Virus record (IMG/VR): IMGVR_UViG_3300024261_000026
Coordinates: 1,909 to 65,908 of that record
DNA length: 64,000 nt
Reading direction: 5' to 3' (one strand)
DNA from: a virus
Taxonomy: Duplodnaviria; Caudoviricetes
Shown here: positions 26,860 to 37,063 of the stretch, one piece after another
How the letters are laid out: every line of letters begins with the position of its first letter
Numbering within the stretch: the stretch's first letter is position 1
Position numbers and translations under genes: made by a program
The notes under the pieces: generated by a model
Told to the model about the DNA's origin: nothing
Database searches by the model: none
What the model saw: the letters and a program-made list of their open reading frames with translations, nothing else

Positions 26860-28065
26860 ATGGCAAGTGTGATCGATGACGGTAATGGCACTGGTGGAGA
26901 CACCACAACGACCACAACAAATAGAGGAACAGGGAAGGATTTCTATAAAGACCTCAATAGAGGAACAGATCTCTACAGGGAGTTATCTTACGGAGAAGAT
27001 CCTGGATTTGAGGGCGGCGATGGTTTAGTCTTTAATGATCCAAGCACTGGTCTGGCAATAACAAAAGGTTATTTCATTGAGATACACCATATCATCTCTG
27101 GGAAAGATATATTTTTCAAAGCATTCCTGACAGATTTCAGCGACAACTTTACTACCAACTACAATAAAGAGCAGGTATTTGGTCGCCCCGATCCAATTCA
27201 AACTTACCAGAATACCGAGAGGGTTATGAATGTTGCATTTGATCTTGTTTCCACCAACATAAACGAAGCGAGACAGAACCTAATCAAAGCGAATAATCTT
27301 ATCTCTATGATGTACCCGTCATATGATAGTGCCGGCACAGCGAACACCATCAAGTCCGGTCCTCTCTTCAAGGTCAAGATGGGAAACCTAATATGCAAAC
27401 CAGGACTAACCGAGGCAGACGGCACCGCGCCAGCGTCCACCGCAGGTCTCTCGTGCACCATTGGCGGATTCAAATATGATCCGATTATAGATGATGGATT
27501 TTTTGATCCAGAGCCAGGAATATTCTATCCTCAGACAATAAAGATCGATCTTGAACTATCCATCCTTCACGAGGAAGCGTTGGGATTCCAAGATAATGTT
27601 CCCTTGACCAACAAAGAGGTCAACGCAACCACAAACGAAGTCACGAACAAACCATCATTCCCTTATGCGGGTGATCCAGCATTGTCGCTAAACGGTGGCA
27701 CGGGCGATGTTCGCCAAGATCTCCCCAATACCATTACACAGGGGAATTCTGTTAGGGGCGGACCATTGGTCACTGACGCCAACAGGGATGGTATTAGGGC
27801 GGAATTGGTGGAGAATGGCAAGGTGACGGGGAATGTATATGTATATCAGGACGATGACGGAAATTCTCTCCGCGAACCTAGAGAAGGAGAGCGTCGGGGA
27901 ATAAGAAGTATGGCGAGGTTAGAGCAGCGAGTTATGAGCGAAAGAGCGAGAGTTCAAGCGAACAAGATTTTATCCCCCAGAACTAGGAGTCAGATTGGGA
28001 GTGCCCTTGGGTCTCCCTATAAGACATATACTGACTTTATCACTGATGGATATTTTCCTGAATAG
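26860..28065 (+). CDS. Baseplate/tail-tube initiator-like protein
   Basis: FKAFLTDFSDNF...Y....VFGRPDPI.TYQNT.R.M.V.F, P.F.VKMGNL; follows tape measure. Confidence 0.6.
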   Translation: MASVIDDGNGTGGDTTTTTTNRGTGKDFYKDLNRGTDLYRELSYGEDPGFEGGDGLVFNDPSTGLAITKGYFIEIHHIISGKDIFFKAFLTDFSDNFTTNYNKEQVFGRPDPIQTYQNTERVMNVAFDLVSTNINEARQNLIKANNLISMMYPSYDSAGTANTIKSGPLFKVKMGNLICKPGLTEADGTAPASTAGLSCTIGGFKYDPIIDDGFFDPEPGIFYPQTIKIDLELSILHEEALGFQDNVPLTNKEVNATTNEVTNKPSFPYAGDPALSLNGGTGDVRQDLPNTITQGNSVRGGPLVTDANRDGIRAELVENGKVTGNVYVYQDDDGNSLREPREGERRGIRSMARLEQRVMSERARVQANKILSPRTRSQIGSALGSPYKTYTDFITDGYFPE

Positions 28066-28091
28066 AGACAACACATGGAGCGTAACAACAG

Positions 28092-28439
28092 ATGCCATCT
28101 AGATACGACAACAGAAAAACAGCAATAAACAATTCCGAAATGTACAAGAAGCAGTTCGAGAATAGGGGCGTTAAGTTTGTAAGGCAATATAAGACGGCCA
28201 ACATATCTTATCCTACCCTGCAAGAGAGATCCTTCCTGGACAGCCCAACAAGAGTTTGGACGGTCGGAGACAGGTTCTATAAATTAGCAGATCAGTATTA
28301 TGGAGACTCCACTTACTGGTGGATTATCGCTTGGTATAACCAGGCACCAACCGAATCACACATCAGGGTTGGAGACGTGATAGAGATCCCATTGCCATTC
28401 GACAGAGCAATGAGCATCTATGCCAGGAGGTCTGGATAA
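28092..28439 (+). CDS. LysM-fold baseplate wedge protein (gp53/gpX-like)
   Basis: GDRFYKLADQYYGDSTYWWIIAWYN...I.VGDVIEIP. Confidence 0.8.
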   Translation: MPSRYDNRKTAINNSEMYKKQFENRGVKFVRQYKTANISYPTLQERSFLDSPTRVWTVGDRFYKLADQYYGDSTYWWIIAWYNQAPTESHIRVGDVIEIPLPFDRAMSIYARRSG

Positions 28440-28440
28440 A

Positions 28441-31362
28441 ATGACAGACCCAATCAGTCTCACCGTGGCCGCAGGTGAGCCCGAAGCGAAGCGAAGACAA
28501 GAAGCACTCGCCGAAAAAGAGCGTGTTCAAGAGATATACGAAGAGGCAGACAGAGTAGATCGGGAGAATACACTGGAGAAGGCGGCCGCCGCCTTCCAGG
28601 GACCGACCATCGCGGCCGGCGAGATACTCGACGCAGATTCTGAAAAAAAACTCAATAAACTCATCGCCAAGAAAACTGATGAGATACGTGGATTAGACAG
28701 CACCCAGCAGGTTTCGGCGGCACAGATAATAGCAAAAGATATCGTAGAAACTAACCAGTCTTATTTCAATACTGAACATACCACTCTTGAGAAAGATAAA
28801 CTAATCCAGAGAATCTGGTTTGACATTTTGGCTGGACTCACTGATCGAGACGATACGCCCACGCTTCCCGAAAGGGGCAACTCTGGAAATAGCAGAAATA
28901 AGCAAAAACACGCCGCCGCCGGAGAACTAGAGCAAACAGAGCAGGCATATTTGCTTCAGAACATAGACAACATCAAGGTCGATCAACAGGCACCAGGACC
29001 AGACCAACTGCCAAGACTGATCGTGGTAAATACAGAAGGAAATCTGCTAAATAAACTGACATCAAGCAAGACACTAGGTTCTTTGATGGGCGCCTCTTCA
29101 AAAGATGTTTCTAGTTTGACTCCATTTATTAGGATCGCCAAAAGAGACAAGAACCCGGATGGAACTGAGCGAGTGAGAGAATTCAAATTCTCATCGCATA
29201 GTCCAGATTTGAGAACATATTTTGCCAAAGGCAGCGCCGCCGGCAGAGAGGTAGGTCTAAAGAGTTTTGATTTTGAGACAACTGGTCAGAACTTCTTCAC
29301 CGCGACCAGGAGTCTAAAGGGGAGCATGGTTTTGTTTTTCAAGTCGTTCGCAGATTTGGACACTGGAGGCGACACTGCAAGCAACGAGGAAGAGATGCCT
29401 TGGACAGAATTGCTCTTTAACTATAACTTTGCTGCGCTGGATCCTCTTGATGACGCAGTTCCCCATGACTCAATCGATTCAGTGCTTGATGAACTTGAAG
29501 CTCAGGCACTCGCAAAGGACTCGCCAGATAGAAAAGCAGAGATATTCGTAGAGATAGGATATAACTATTCAACCAATGCACTTGCTAGCAACGCCGCCCT
29601 CCGCCAAGCAGTAGATAGCAGCAGAATTCTTCTTTCTATATACCCTATAACTACTGATTTTAATTTCCGTGAAGATGGTGCAGTGGAACTAACTATTACA
29701 TTTACCGCTTCCGCAGAGACAAGTGGTGATACGGCCGCCGCGAATGTGCTCACCGTTGGATCCGGAGCGGAAGAACTTGCTAAGATCGATAATCTGAAAA
29801 AGAAAGTTACCATAGCGCAAGCAAACCTTAGCGATGAGGAAGGCGATGGCAGCGCAAAGACAAAACTTGAAAATAAACTGGAAGCAACAAAAGAAGCATA
29901 CAACAAGAAACTAAAAGGTCAGAAATTATCAAATTATGCTAAGTTCATAAAATACGTGTATGATATTGGAAGGTTGTATAGTTTTACGATATCAAACGAC
30001 CAATACCACAAGGGAATATTGCCGGATAAAAAATCCAATAAAGTAAAAGTCACTCAGGCAGCGATTAGCGCGCTGATTACTGAGGGCAAAACAAAAGCAT
30101 TACAAGGAAAGGGGCTAGAGAAAAAAGAGCGAAAGCGTGGCCAACGCACCATAGCTTACTTCTATCTTGGGGATCTCATCAACTATTATGCGACGGCTCT
30201 GATCGATCCCGCAGACCTCGCAACCCATGGTGTGGATATATATAGTCCCAATCCACTCATTCCACAATCAAGAGAGGTTGTTGTTGGAGATTATGTATTT
30301 CATATATTTCCCAAAAAAGAACCGCCGATCAAAGGCGCCACACCGGAAGACATCGCGGAATTCAAAAGAGACGTTAAAGCAAGAAGAATCAACTTATCAA
30401 AACTCCCCATATCAGTAAGCATGTTTAACTCTTTTATGTATAAGCGCGTCATGAAGCACAGCAGTGATATTTTGACTTTTGATTCGTTTCTGAAATGGGC
30501 AGTTATGGAACTGATCGACAACGCCTTAGACTCATTTGTTGAGGGGCGCAAATGGAAAGCACTCAGGCAGGCGTTTTCAGAGAGGAGAGTGTCGGTATCG
30601 ATGTCAACTGTTACAGGGAAAGCAGCAGGATTGCTCAACGAGCGCACGAACCCCCCTAAACGATTTCAATTCACTGGTGATGCCTTGACAGCGCTCGGCC
30701 CTGCCGTCCAAGGCGCCCTCGATCTTGATGGTGTCCCTGCTGAAGAAGCACACAAATTTGAAATCAGACCATCATCGATGGACGAGATTATACTGCATCA
30801 GGAGAATGATTACTTAGCTATTAAAGTCGAAGACGCCAGATCTTTTACCATTATACACGGTTCGAGAATTCCTGCTATCGGGAACGATGCAAATCCAGTT
30901 GGCGCCAACGAAGATGAAGATCAGGCAAAGGGGATATATCATCTAAGCCCTGGCCTAGACAGGGGCATCGTAAAGAATGTATCTTTTACGCAGCAGTCGA
31001 GCAGAATCAGAGAGATCAATTTACTAAAATCTCTAGATTCAGGGGCAAACCCAGGCGTGGGTATCTTGAAGATGCCGTATGACGCAGAGGTAAAGATCTT
31101 TGGTAATCCGACATTTTATCCGGGACAATTTGTGGTGATAAACCCTGCTGTTGTGGGGGTGGGCACCCTCGCTTCTCGCAACTCCATTGCTAACAAATTG
31201 GGTCTTGGTGGTCTGTATGCCATCATAAGCGTACAAACCAGACTTTCGTCGGGACTACTAGAGAGCACGCTGACATGCAAATGGAACAATTACAAACCCA
31301 AGGTTGACGAGGCGCCATTTGGCACAGGCACCAGTAGCGAAAATTATGTGGAAGAGCAATGA
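28441..31362 (+). CDS. Baseplate hub-like protein
   Basis: C-terminal YDA.V.IFGNPTFYPG..V.I...LG.GG.Y.I..V...L..G..E(S)TL motif of hub/GPD-type proteins. Confidence 0.55.
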   Translation: MTDPISLTVAAGEPEAKRRQEALAEKERVQEIYEEADRVDRENTLEKAAAAFQGPTIAAGEILDADSEKKLNKLIAKKTDEIRGLDSTQQVSAAQIIAKDIVETNQSYFNTEHTTLEKDKLIQRIWFDILAGLTDRDDTPTLPERGNSGNSRNKQKHAAAGELEQTEQAYLLQNIDNIKVDQQAPGPDQLPRLIVVNTEGNLLNKLTSSKTLGSLMGASSKDVSSLTPFIRIAKRDKNPDGTERVREFKFSSHSPDLRTYFAKGSAAGREVGLKSFDFETTGQNFFTATRSLKGSMVLFFKSFADLDTGGDTASNEEEMPWTELLFNYNFAALDPLDDAVPHDSIDSVLDELEAQALAKDSPDRKAEIFVEIGYNYSTNALASNAALRQAVDSSRILLSIYPITTDFNFREDGAVELTITFTASAETSGDTAAANVLTVGSGAEELAKIDNLKKKVTIAQANLSDEEGDGSAKTKLENKLEATKEAYNKKLKGQKLSNYAKFIKYVYDIGRLYSFTISNDQYHKGILPDKKSNKVKVTQAAISALITEGKTKALQGKGLEKKERKRGQRTIAYFYLGDLINYYATALIDPADLATHGVDIYSPNPLIPQSREVVVGDYVFHIFPKKEPPIKGATPEDIAEFKRDVKARRINLSKLPISVSMFNSFMYKRVMKHSSDILTFDSFLKWAVMELIDNALDSFVEGRKWKALRQAFSERRVSVSMSTVTGKAAGLLNERTNPPKRFQFTGDALTALGPAVQGALDLDGVPAEEAHKFEIRPSSMDEIILHQENDYLAIKVEDARSFTIIHGSRIPAIGNDANPVGANEDEDQAKGIYHLSPGLDRGIVKNVSFTQQSSRIREINLLKSLDSGANPGVGILKMPYDAEVKIFGNPTFYPGQFVVINPAVVGVGTLASRNSIANKLGLGGLYAIISVQTRLSSGLLESTLTCKWNNYKPKVDEAPFGTGTSSENYVEEQ

Positions 31363-32609
31363 AATATAGTTTTGGATCAAACGAGCTACCTGCTAGTTCT
31401 TCTTACAACGAGAGGGATAGATATGCAAAGAATTATCCAAGAGGGTATTCTCAGCATGTCTCTGTGGACTACTGGTACGACAATATGCTTTTTGGCAGAA
31501 TCGATCAGAACCAAGATGTCATCTATCCCGCCACGGATGCAATAAAAGTATTAGATGGTGATGGTCAGGTTAGCGCGATCAACTTTGTTGCAGATGCTTT
31601 TAATGCAATGCGAAATGATGTAAAAGAGAACATCAGGGTTGGCGCGATACCATCATCGGGGTTTGGCATTTTAGCGGGCGGACTGGAAGCGAAGAAGGGA
31701 TGGCAAGATCCAAGACAAGATTACTTTTCTTTTATGAGAAATTTATATTCTCAGAGCCTTTTCCCGTTCCTCAAGAGACCAGAGATAAACAATGATATTC
31801 TAAATTTCTCAGACTTTGTGGATCAGTTTACATTGTTCATTGATCGTATTACTCTCTTGCAACCATATACGATGACGGATTATATTACGAGCAACCTAGG
31901 AACACCACTCTACAGCGGATGGGCAATTGAAATCAATGACTCGCTGGATCACGGGGAAGATATATCAAAGATTGCGCTCTATGTAAATGATCCGCAGTTC
32001 GAGACATATCGACAGATCGCAGCAAGTAACGGATTCAACCTAGACAAGAATGCGCCGTGGAGATTGGTGGCGATACCATATGCCCCGCAGATAAGCACCA
32101 TGGTGGAGAGATACCTCCCTATTGAAACAGATACAGCGGAGAACATCCAAGTTCAAAATATCTACGATAGAGTAATCAAGGAACTCTATAACAAGTCTCA
32201 CTTTTCCGACATCCCAGATCTTAAATTTTACTTGAAAGATTTTTATAATATCTTTGTGAAGCGCAAGCCCACCGTGCACGTTCCGCTGATAAAGGGAGAA
32301 AATCGAAAAAGAAGCTTGACAAGGGTTGTGAGGCGTGATATTATGACGGACGAGCAATATAAAGAAGAGTGGGAACCAGACAACGCCTTTTGGATACGCC
32401 TGTATGTGTATGTCAGAGCGAAAGAAACAAACCGAGATTGGAATCAGTACAAATTTGAGCAGGTGTCAACAAAAGCACTTCAGTTCTTTAAGTATTCCGG
32501 AGAAGAAGCGGCGCATAAGTTTATCAACAAGGAAGTTAGAAGACTGTGGGGCGAAGATAGAGCAATCGGAAAGTACCGCAGAGGGAATTTTAGATTTCAA
32601 AGAAAGTGA
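31359..32609 (+). CDS. Hypothetical protein
   Basis: 416 aa ORF overlapping the upstream stop (ATGA coupling). Confidence 0.75.
   Translation: MKYSFGSNELPASSSYNERDRYAKNYPRGYSQHVSVDYWYDNMLFGRIDQNQDVIYPATDAIKVLDGDGQVSAINFVADAFNAMRNDVKENIRVGAIPSSGFGILAGGLEAKKGWQDPRQDYFSFMRNLYSQSLFPFLKRPEINNDILNFSDFVDQFTLFIDRITLLQPYTMTDYITSNLGTPLYSGWAIEINDSLDHGEDISKIALYVNDPQFETYRQIAASNGFNLDKNAPWRLVAIPYAPQISTMVERYLPIETDTAENIQVQNIYDRVIKELYNKSHFSDIPDLKFYLKDFYNIFVKRKPTVHVPLIKGENRKRSLTRVVRRDIMTDEQYKEEWEPDNAFWIRLYVYVRAKETNRDWNQYKFEQVSTKALQFFKYSGEEAAHKFINKEVRRLWGEDRAIGKYRRGNFRFQRK
32316..32344 (+). promoter_or_regulatory. sigma70 promoter TTGACA-N17-TGnTATTAT inside the upstream gene, serving the replication operon
   Basis: Perfect -35, 17-nt spacer, extended -10. 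Confidence 0.6.
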
Positions 32610-32616
32610 GGGTAGA

Positions 32617-33792
32617 TTGTTTTATACAATCCTCGACTCAAAAGAAGAGTGCTTAGGATATTATTATGACGGTGGTATCCACGAGCAAAAACCAGACACC
32701 AGCAAACACTATATAACTTGGGACTACAAGCACCACCACCACCAGGACGGTGCTCAGTATCTGAATTTGTATTGTGGGGGGAAACCTATCTCTGCCTTTT
32801 GCCCGCCCCACTTGCAGAGAGAGTGGGAGATCTCCCAGGAGAAAAAGAAGGCATTCGGTAATGCTATTTCCAACAGCAAGGTAAAGATAGATGATGTCTG
32901 TATTTATGATCTCATTCCTTTGTGGTTTCTGAGGGAGAACTCTCAGCTGAGATGTGAGATACTCCAAGAGATACACAGTACAAGAGATAGACCAAAGTCG
33001 TATGATTTTATGCTCGAACTGGAAAAACTCTTTGGGGAGATATCGCAAAATCAACTTAGTGTTGATATTAGTGCGCTCCGTGATAAGAGGGGCCAGACTG
33101 CGGTTAGAAACTTTATCAAGAGGATAAAGGGAAAGACAACGATTAAATATAACCAGTTCGGCACCGTGACTGGAAGACTAACTGTGTCTAGCGATAGTTT
33201 TCCCATTATGAATGTGAATCATTCTTTTCGGAATATCCTAAAACCAAACAACGATCTTTTTGTGGAGTTTGATTATAACGCAGCAGAGTTGAGAACCCTT
33301 CTCGCCCTTTCGGAAAGAGAGCAACCACAAGAAGACATACACGAGTGGAATATTAAAAATGTTTTTAAACGACACATGACAAGGGAAGAGGCGAAGAAAA
33401 AGATATTCGCGGCGATATATAACCCGAACACAAAACAGGATTATTATCAAATAGACAAGGTGCTGGAAAAGCACTACGCCCAAGGTCAAGTCACTACTCC
33501 CTTTGGCAGAGAGATAGACTGTGACGACGGACACGCTCTAAACTATACACTTCAGAGCACCACCAGCGATTTGGTGCTGGAACAGACCATAAAGATAAAC
33601 AAACTCCTGGAGGGCAAGAAATCAAAGATTGTGTTTTTGATTCACGACAGTTTTGTTGTCGATTTGGCACAGGAAGAGCGATCTCTGATTTTCGAAATCA
33701 AGGAAATTTTTTCTCAGAACAGATTTGGAGATTTTTTGGTCAATGTAAGTGCCGGTAGGGACTTTGGCAGCATGAAGGAGATTGCTATATGA
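32617..33792 (+). CDS. polA: Compact family-A DNA polymerase
   Basis: T.TGRL, motif A FDYNAAELR, motif B REEAKKKIFAAIY, NY.LQST..D, motif C IHDS; probable TTG start at 32617 with GAGG SD. Confidence 0.8.
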   Translation: MFYTILDSKEECLGYYYDGGIHEQKPDTSKHYITWDYKHHHHQDGAQYLNLYCGGKPISAFCPPHLQREWEISQEKKKAFGNAISNSKVKIDDVCIYDLIPLWFLRENSQLRCEILQEIHSTRDRPKSYDFMLELEKLFGEISQNQLSVDISALRDKRGQTAVRNFIKRIKGKTTIKYNQFGTVTGRLTVSSDSFPIMNVNHSFRNILKPNNDLFVEFDYNAAELRTLLALSEREQPQEDIHEWNIKNVFKRHMTREEAKKKIFAAIYNPNTKQDYYQIDKVLEKHYAQGQVTTPFGREIDCDDGHALNYTLQSTTSDLVLEQTIKINKLLEGKKSKIVFLIHDSFVVDLAQEERSLIFEIKEIFSQNRFGDFLVNVSAGRDFGSMKEIAI

Positions 33793-34631
33793 TTAACGTA
33801 ATTGGACTCGGAAATGCGGGATGCGAGATAGCAGAGAGGTTTTCGCAATACCCTCAATACGAGGTATATAAGATAGACGTATCACTCAAGAAGCAGAAGA
33901 ATTGTTTTTCTATGCCAAGCAGGAAAGCCGTAGAGGAATATGAAAGCAAGTTCCCGGCGAGGATACTAACATCTCTCAGAAAGATTCAGGGTGACATCTT
34001 GTTCATCGTTGGAGGAGGGGGAGAAGTATCATCAGCATCTCTTAGGATCTTAGAGGCGGTAAGCAAAAATAAGATAGAGGTGCTCTATGTAAAGCCGGAT
34101 GAATCTATTGTCTCTGATGACGAAAGACTTCTCGATAAGATATCCTTTGGAGTGTTACAGCAATATGCTCGCTCGGGCCTTTTTGAGAGATTGTATCTTG
34201 TTTCTAATTCTGAGATCCAGAGAACAGTGGGAAATATCCCTATTAGCAAATATTACGATACCCTCAACGAGATCATTTCCTCTACGATCCATATGGTGAA
34301 TGTATACAGAAACAGCAAGCCGACCATTTCAAGTTTTCCGAAGGAATCTGAGGTTTGCCGTATTTGTACCATAGGAATCGGGGAGATAGAAAAAATGACA
34401 GATCAGATGTATTTTTCTCTTGACAACACGAACGAAAAGAGGTATTATTTCGCTATCAACAAAAAGGAATTAGAAGAAAGCACCACTTTGCTAGCAAAGA
34501 TCAAAACGAGGGCGAGGCAGAAGGATAATGACATAAAAGGAGGATTTGGAATATATCCGACAGAGTATAAGAAGAACTACATTTATATCGTCGAGCAGAC
34601 GAAGATAATTCAAGGAGAAAATCATGGTTAA
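33789..34631 (+). CDS. Divergent tubulin/FtsZ-family (PhuZ-like) protein
   Basis: VIGLGNAGCEIAE T1 loop; glycine loop GGGGEVSS; LYLVSN..I; Y..LNE.I...I helix. Confidence 0.65.
   Translation: MINVIGLGNAGCEIAERFSQYPQYEVYKIDVSLKKQKNCFSMPSRKAVEEYESKFPARILTSLRKIQGDILFIVGGGGEVSSASLRILEAVSKNKIEVLYVKPDESIVSDDERLLDKISFGVLQQYARSGLFERLYLVSNSEIQRTVGNIPISKYYDTLNEIISSTIHMVNVYRNSKPTISSFPKESEVCRICTIGIGEIEKMTDQMYFSLDNTNEKRYYFAINKKELEESTTLLAKIKTRARQKDNDIKGGFGIYPTEYKKNYIYIVEQTKIIQGENHG
34420..34448 (+). promoter_or_regulatory. sigma70 promoter TTGACA-N17-TATTAT inside the tubulin-like gene
   Basis: Perfect -35 and 17-nt spacer; ACAGATCA half-site at 34398-34405. Confidence 0.5.
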
Positions 34632-34908
34632 AGTTTTTACAGGAACTTTTCAGAAAAAGAATAATGATACAAGAAGCATGACATTTGTTAAACTAGAAGA
34701 TCTGCCAAAGGATTTTTTAGGATCAAAAGTCAAGAACGAAAACTCAACACGCACCCTTCCAGAAGGACTGGAGTTGGTGTGGGATATTGACAGTGCCGGA
34801 TTTCGCACCTTCAATTGGCAATCTGCCGTAGGCGATGTCAAGGTGGAAATCCTCAAGGGAAAAGAAAAAGACGATTTCGAAACAAAACACTTGACAGAGC
34901 AAAAGTGA
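34624..34908 (+). CDS. Small SH3/WYL-like beta-barrel protein (DUF2693-like)
   Basis: F.KK....R.M....  VWDID..GFR.FN motif. Confidence 0.55.
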   Translation: MVKVFTGTFQKKNNDTRSMTFVKLEDLPKDFLGSKVKNENSTRTLPEGLELVWDIDSAGFRTFNWQSAVGDVKVEILKGKEKDDFETKHLTEQK

Positions 34909-34919
34909 TCTGTTATAAT
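34891..34919 (+). promoter_or_regulatory. sigma70 promoter TTGACA-N17-TATAAT with palindromic operator in spacer
   Basis: Consensus -35/-10; ACAGAGCA-AAAG-TGATCTGT. Confidence 0.85.
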
Positions 34920-34950
34920 AAGCAAATCAACAACGAAAAGGAGTCATAAT

Positions 34951-35697
34951 ATGGCTATTGATATGAAAAAGATGAAAGCGAAATATAGTAACCTCAAGAA
35001 CCGTGCTGGTTCTGGTTCGAGTGGGTTTTGGAAACCCTCGGAGGGATCACAAACATTGCGTATTGTTCCCACTGAGGATGGAGATCCATTCAAGAGTTAC
35101 TCTTTCCACTATGGAGTAGGAAAGGAAAACGGATTTTTATGCCCAAACAAGAATTTTGGGGATGATTGTCCTGTGTGCAGTTTCGTTCGCGGACTGTATC
35201 AGGAAGGTGATGAAGAAAGTAAGGCAATGGCACGCCAACTAGGTGCCAAGTCTCGGTTCTTTTCTCCGGTGCTGGTTCGCGGAGAAGAGGATGCGGGAGT
35301 CCGAGTTTGGGGATTTTCCAAGACGGTGTATGAAACCTTATTGAATCTGGTTTTGAATCCTGATTATGGCGACATAACGGATACTGAGACTGGTATTGAT
35401 TTGGACATTCACTATGCGAAGCCACCAGGAGGTCAATTTCCTGTGACCAAGGTGACACCCAAGCGACGCTCTAGTGCCCTTTGTACTGATAAACTTACCG
35501 AGGAACAGTGCAAAGAGGTATTAAACAATGTGCCAGATTTTGAATCGCTCTTTGAGCGAAAGACGACATCTAATGTCCAAGGATATTTGGATGAGCATCT
35601 GGCGTCCGACAACCCTGAAGGTTTCTCTAGTGAAACGGAGAAATATTCGGGCGCAGGCAGAGTTGATAACGCCTTAGATGAATTAATGGGCGGATAA
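34951..35697 (+). CDS. Single-stranded DNA-binding protein (T4 gp32-like)
   Basis: FWKP..G...LRIVP, H..CP...G..CPVC zinc site, YGDITD...G.D; acidic C-terminus; precedes recA. Confidence 0.85.
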   Translation: MAIDMKKMKAKYSNLKNRAGSGSSGFWKPSEGSQTLRIVPTEDGDPFKSYSFHYGVGKENGFLCPNKNFGDDCPVCSFVRGLYQEGDEESKAMARQLGAKSRFFSPVLVRGEEDAGVRVWGFSKTVYETLLNLVLNPDYGDITDTETGIDLDIHYAKPPGGQFPVTKVTPKRRSSALCTDKLTEEQCKEVLNNVPDFESLFERKTTSNVQGYLDEHLASDNPEGFSSETEKYSGAGRVDNALDELMGG

Positions 35698-35705
35698 TCA
35701 TCATC

Positions 35706-35750
35706 AACCCACGGGGAGGCACAGGGTTATCGGGTGCCTCATTTTTCTTT
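35706..35750 (+). other. Structured intergenic RNA element: H-type pseudoknot or terminator hairpin
   Basis: GAGGCAC/GTGCCTC stem plus AACCC/GGGTT pairing, followed by ATTTTTCTTTT. Confidence 0.5.
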
Positions 35751-35762
35751 TGGGAGTCTATT

Positions 35763-36881
35763 ATGAAAAACAAGAAGAGTGGTAAACTCAGTATCGCCGA
35801 CATGCGTTCGCTGATTAACAAAAAAGCAGGAATGGTTGTCGCGCACGATTTGTCCTCCGAAAACCCAACAGAGGTTACGGATTGGATCCCCACTGGATCA
35901 ACTTGGTTGAACGCTATTATTTGCCGAGGGAAGATGGCAGGAATCCCTGTTGGCAAACTCACAGAGATTGCGGGGATGGAAGCGAGTGGCAAAAGTTATA
36001 TGGCCGCCCAGACTTGCGCGGAAGCACAGAAGATGGGAATTTCTGTGGTTTATTTTGATTCTGAATCTGCAATTGATCCGACATTTCTGACGAAGAGTGG
36101 TGTTGATATTGACAACATTCTATATGTTCAAGCTACGTCTGTTGAGTTTGTGTTGGAAACAGTTGAGACCCTTTTGACTTCGAGTGACGATAAATATCTT
36201 TTTGTGTGGGATTCTCTGGCGCTTACGCCAGCGATCAGTGACGTGGAGGGAACATTCAACCCGAATGAGTCCGTCGCCGTCAAGGCGCGGGTGCTGGCGA
36301 AAGGGATGTCTAAGTTGATAGTCTCCTTGGCAAACTCTCAGTCTACTCTTTTAGTCCTTAACCAACTTAAAACAAACCTCCAGGTTGTAAATCCAAAGTA
36401 TGCTACTGATAGCGAGAAGTATGTCTGCCCCGGCGGAAAGTCTATGGCATACGCCTATAGTCTTCGCATATGGTTGACCGGCAGGAAGGGCAAGAGTAGC
36501 ATGATACTCGACGACAAAGGATATAGGGTGGGGAACGAACTGAAGGCGAGACTAGAGAAATCTAGGTTCGGCACAGCAGGTAGGACTTGCAATTTTAAGA
36601 TTATGTGGGGAGAGGATATCGGAGTCAAAGACGAAGATAGTCTATTTGAGGCAATTCAGAGTTCTGACCACTTGGGCAGCGCAGGACCGTGGTGGACGCT
36701 CAAATATGAAGACGGCACAGCGCAGAAATTCCAAGCATCTAAATGGGGCGACTTTATGAAGGAGAAGAAATTTAACGACAGGGTTATGCAACTCCTAGAC
36801 GAGGAAGTGGTTCTCAAGTTTGACAAGAGACTGGTGGAGGCGAGTAACTTCTACGAGGAAGAGGAGGTCGAAGAAGCGTGA
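35763..36881 (+). CDS. recA: RecA/UvsX recombinase
   Basis: Walker A GMEASGKS, YFDSE.A, Walker B FVWDS, NQLK, PGGK...Y. Confidence 0.93.
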   Translation: MKNKKSGKLSIADMRSLINKKAGMVVAHDLSSENPTEVTDWIPTGSTWLNAIICRGKMAGIPVGKLTEIAGMEASGKSYMAAQTCAEAQKMGISVVYFDSESAIDPTFLTKSGVDIDNILYVQATSVEFVLETVETLLTSSDDKYLFVWDSLALTPAISDVEGTFNPNESVAVKARVLAKGMSKLIVSLANSQSTLLVLNQLKTNLQVVNPKYATDSEKYVCPGGKSMAYAYSLRIWLTGRKGKSSMILDDKGYRVGNELKARLEKSRFGTAGRTCNFKIMWGEDIGVKDEDSLFEAIQSSDHLGSAGPWWTLKYEDGTAQKFQASKWGDFMKEKKFNDRVMQLLDEEVVLKFDKRLVEASNFYEEEEVEEA

Positions 36882-37063
36882 GCACCGATAAGTCTCTTAG
36901 AGAGACAGTAAATATAGCACTAGATGCGGTGGAGAGACTTCTTGATGAAGTCTGGACGCTGCGAGATGCTCGTGTCAAGATGAAGAAGCAGATAAGAACT
37001 CTGCGAGATAAAATAAAGAGATTGGAAGAGAAGAATGACAAAAAAGAGGATGATGATAGTTGA
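36878..37063 (+). CDS. Small coiled-coil hypothetical protein
   Basis: GTGA coupling to recA, heptad pattern. Confidence 0.6.
   Translation: MSTDKSLRETVNIALDAVERLLDEVWTLRDARVKMKKQIRTLRDKIKRLEEKNDKKEDDDS

Noticed and set aside
32404-32616. Long N-terminal extension of PolA in the ORF track (similar extensions at 13305, 51385, 53339, 58464)
   Set aside because: Overlap upstream genes, terminators or promoters; better SD-supported starts lie downstream
35680-35766. SSB-RecA fusion by readthrough or -1 frameshift at the pseudoknot
   Set aside because: Readthrough frame stops at 35764-35766 and is out of frame with recA; the -1 frame is open but has no X XXY YYZ slippery site, and 27 open codons can easily occur by chance
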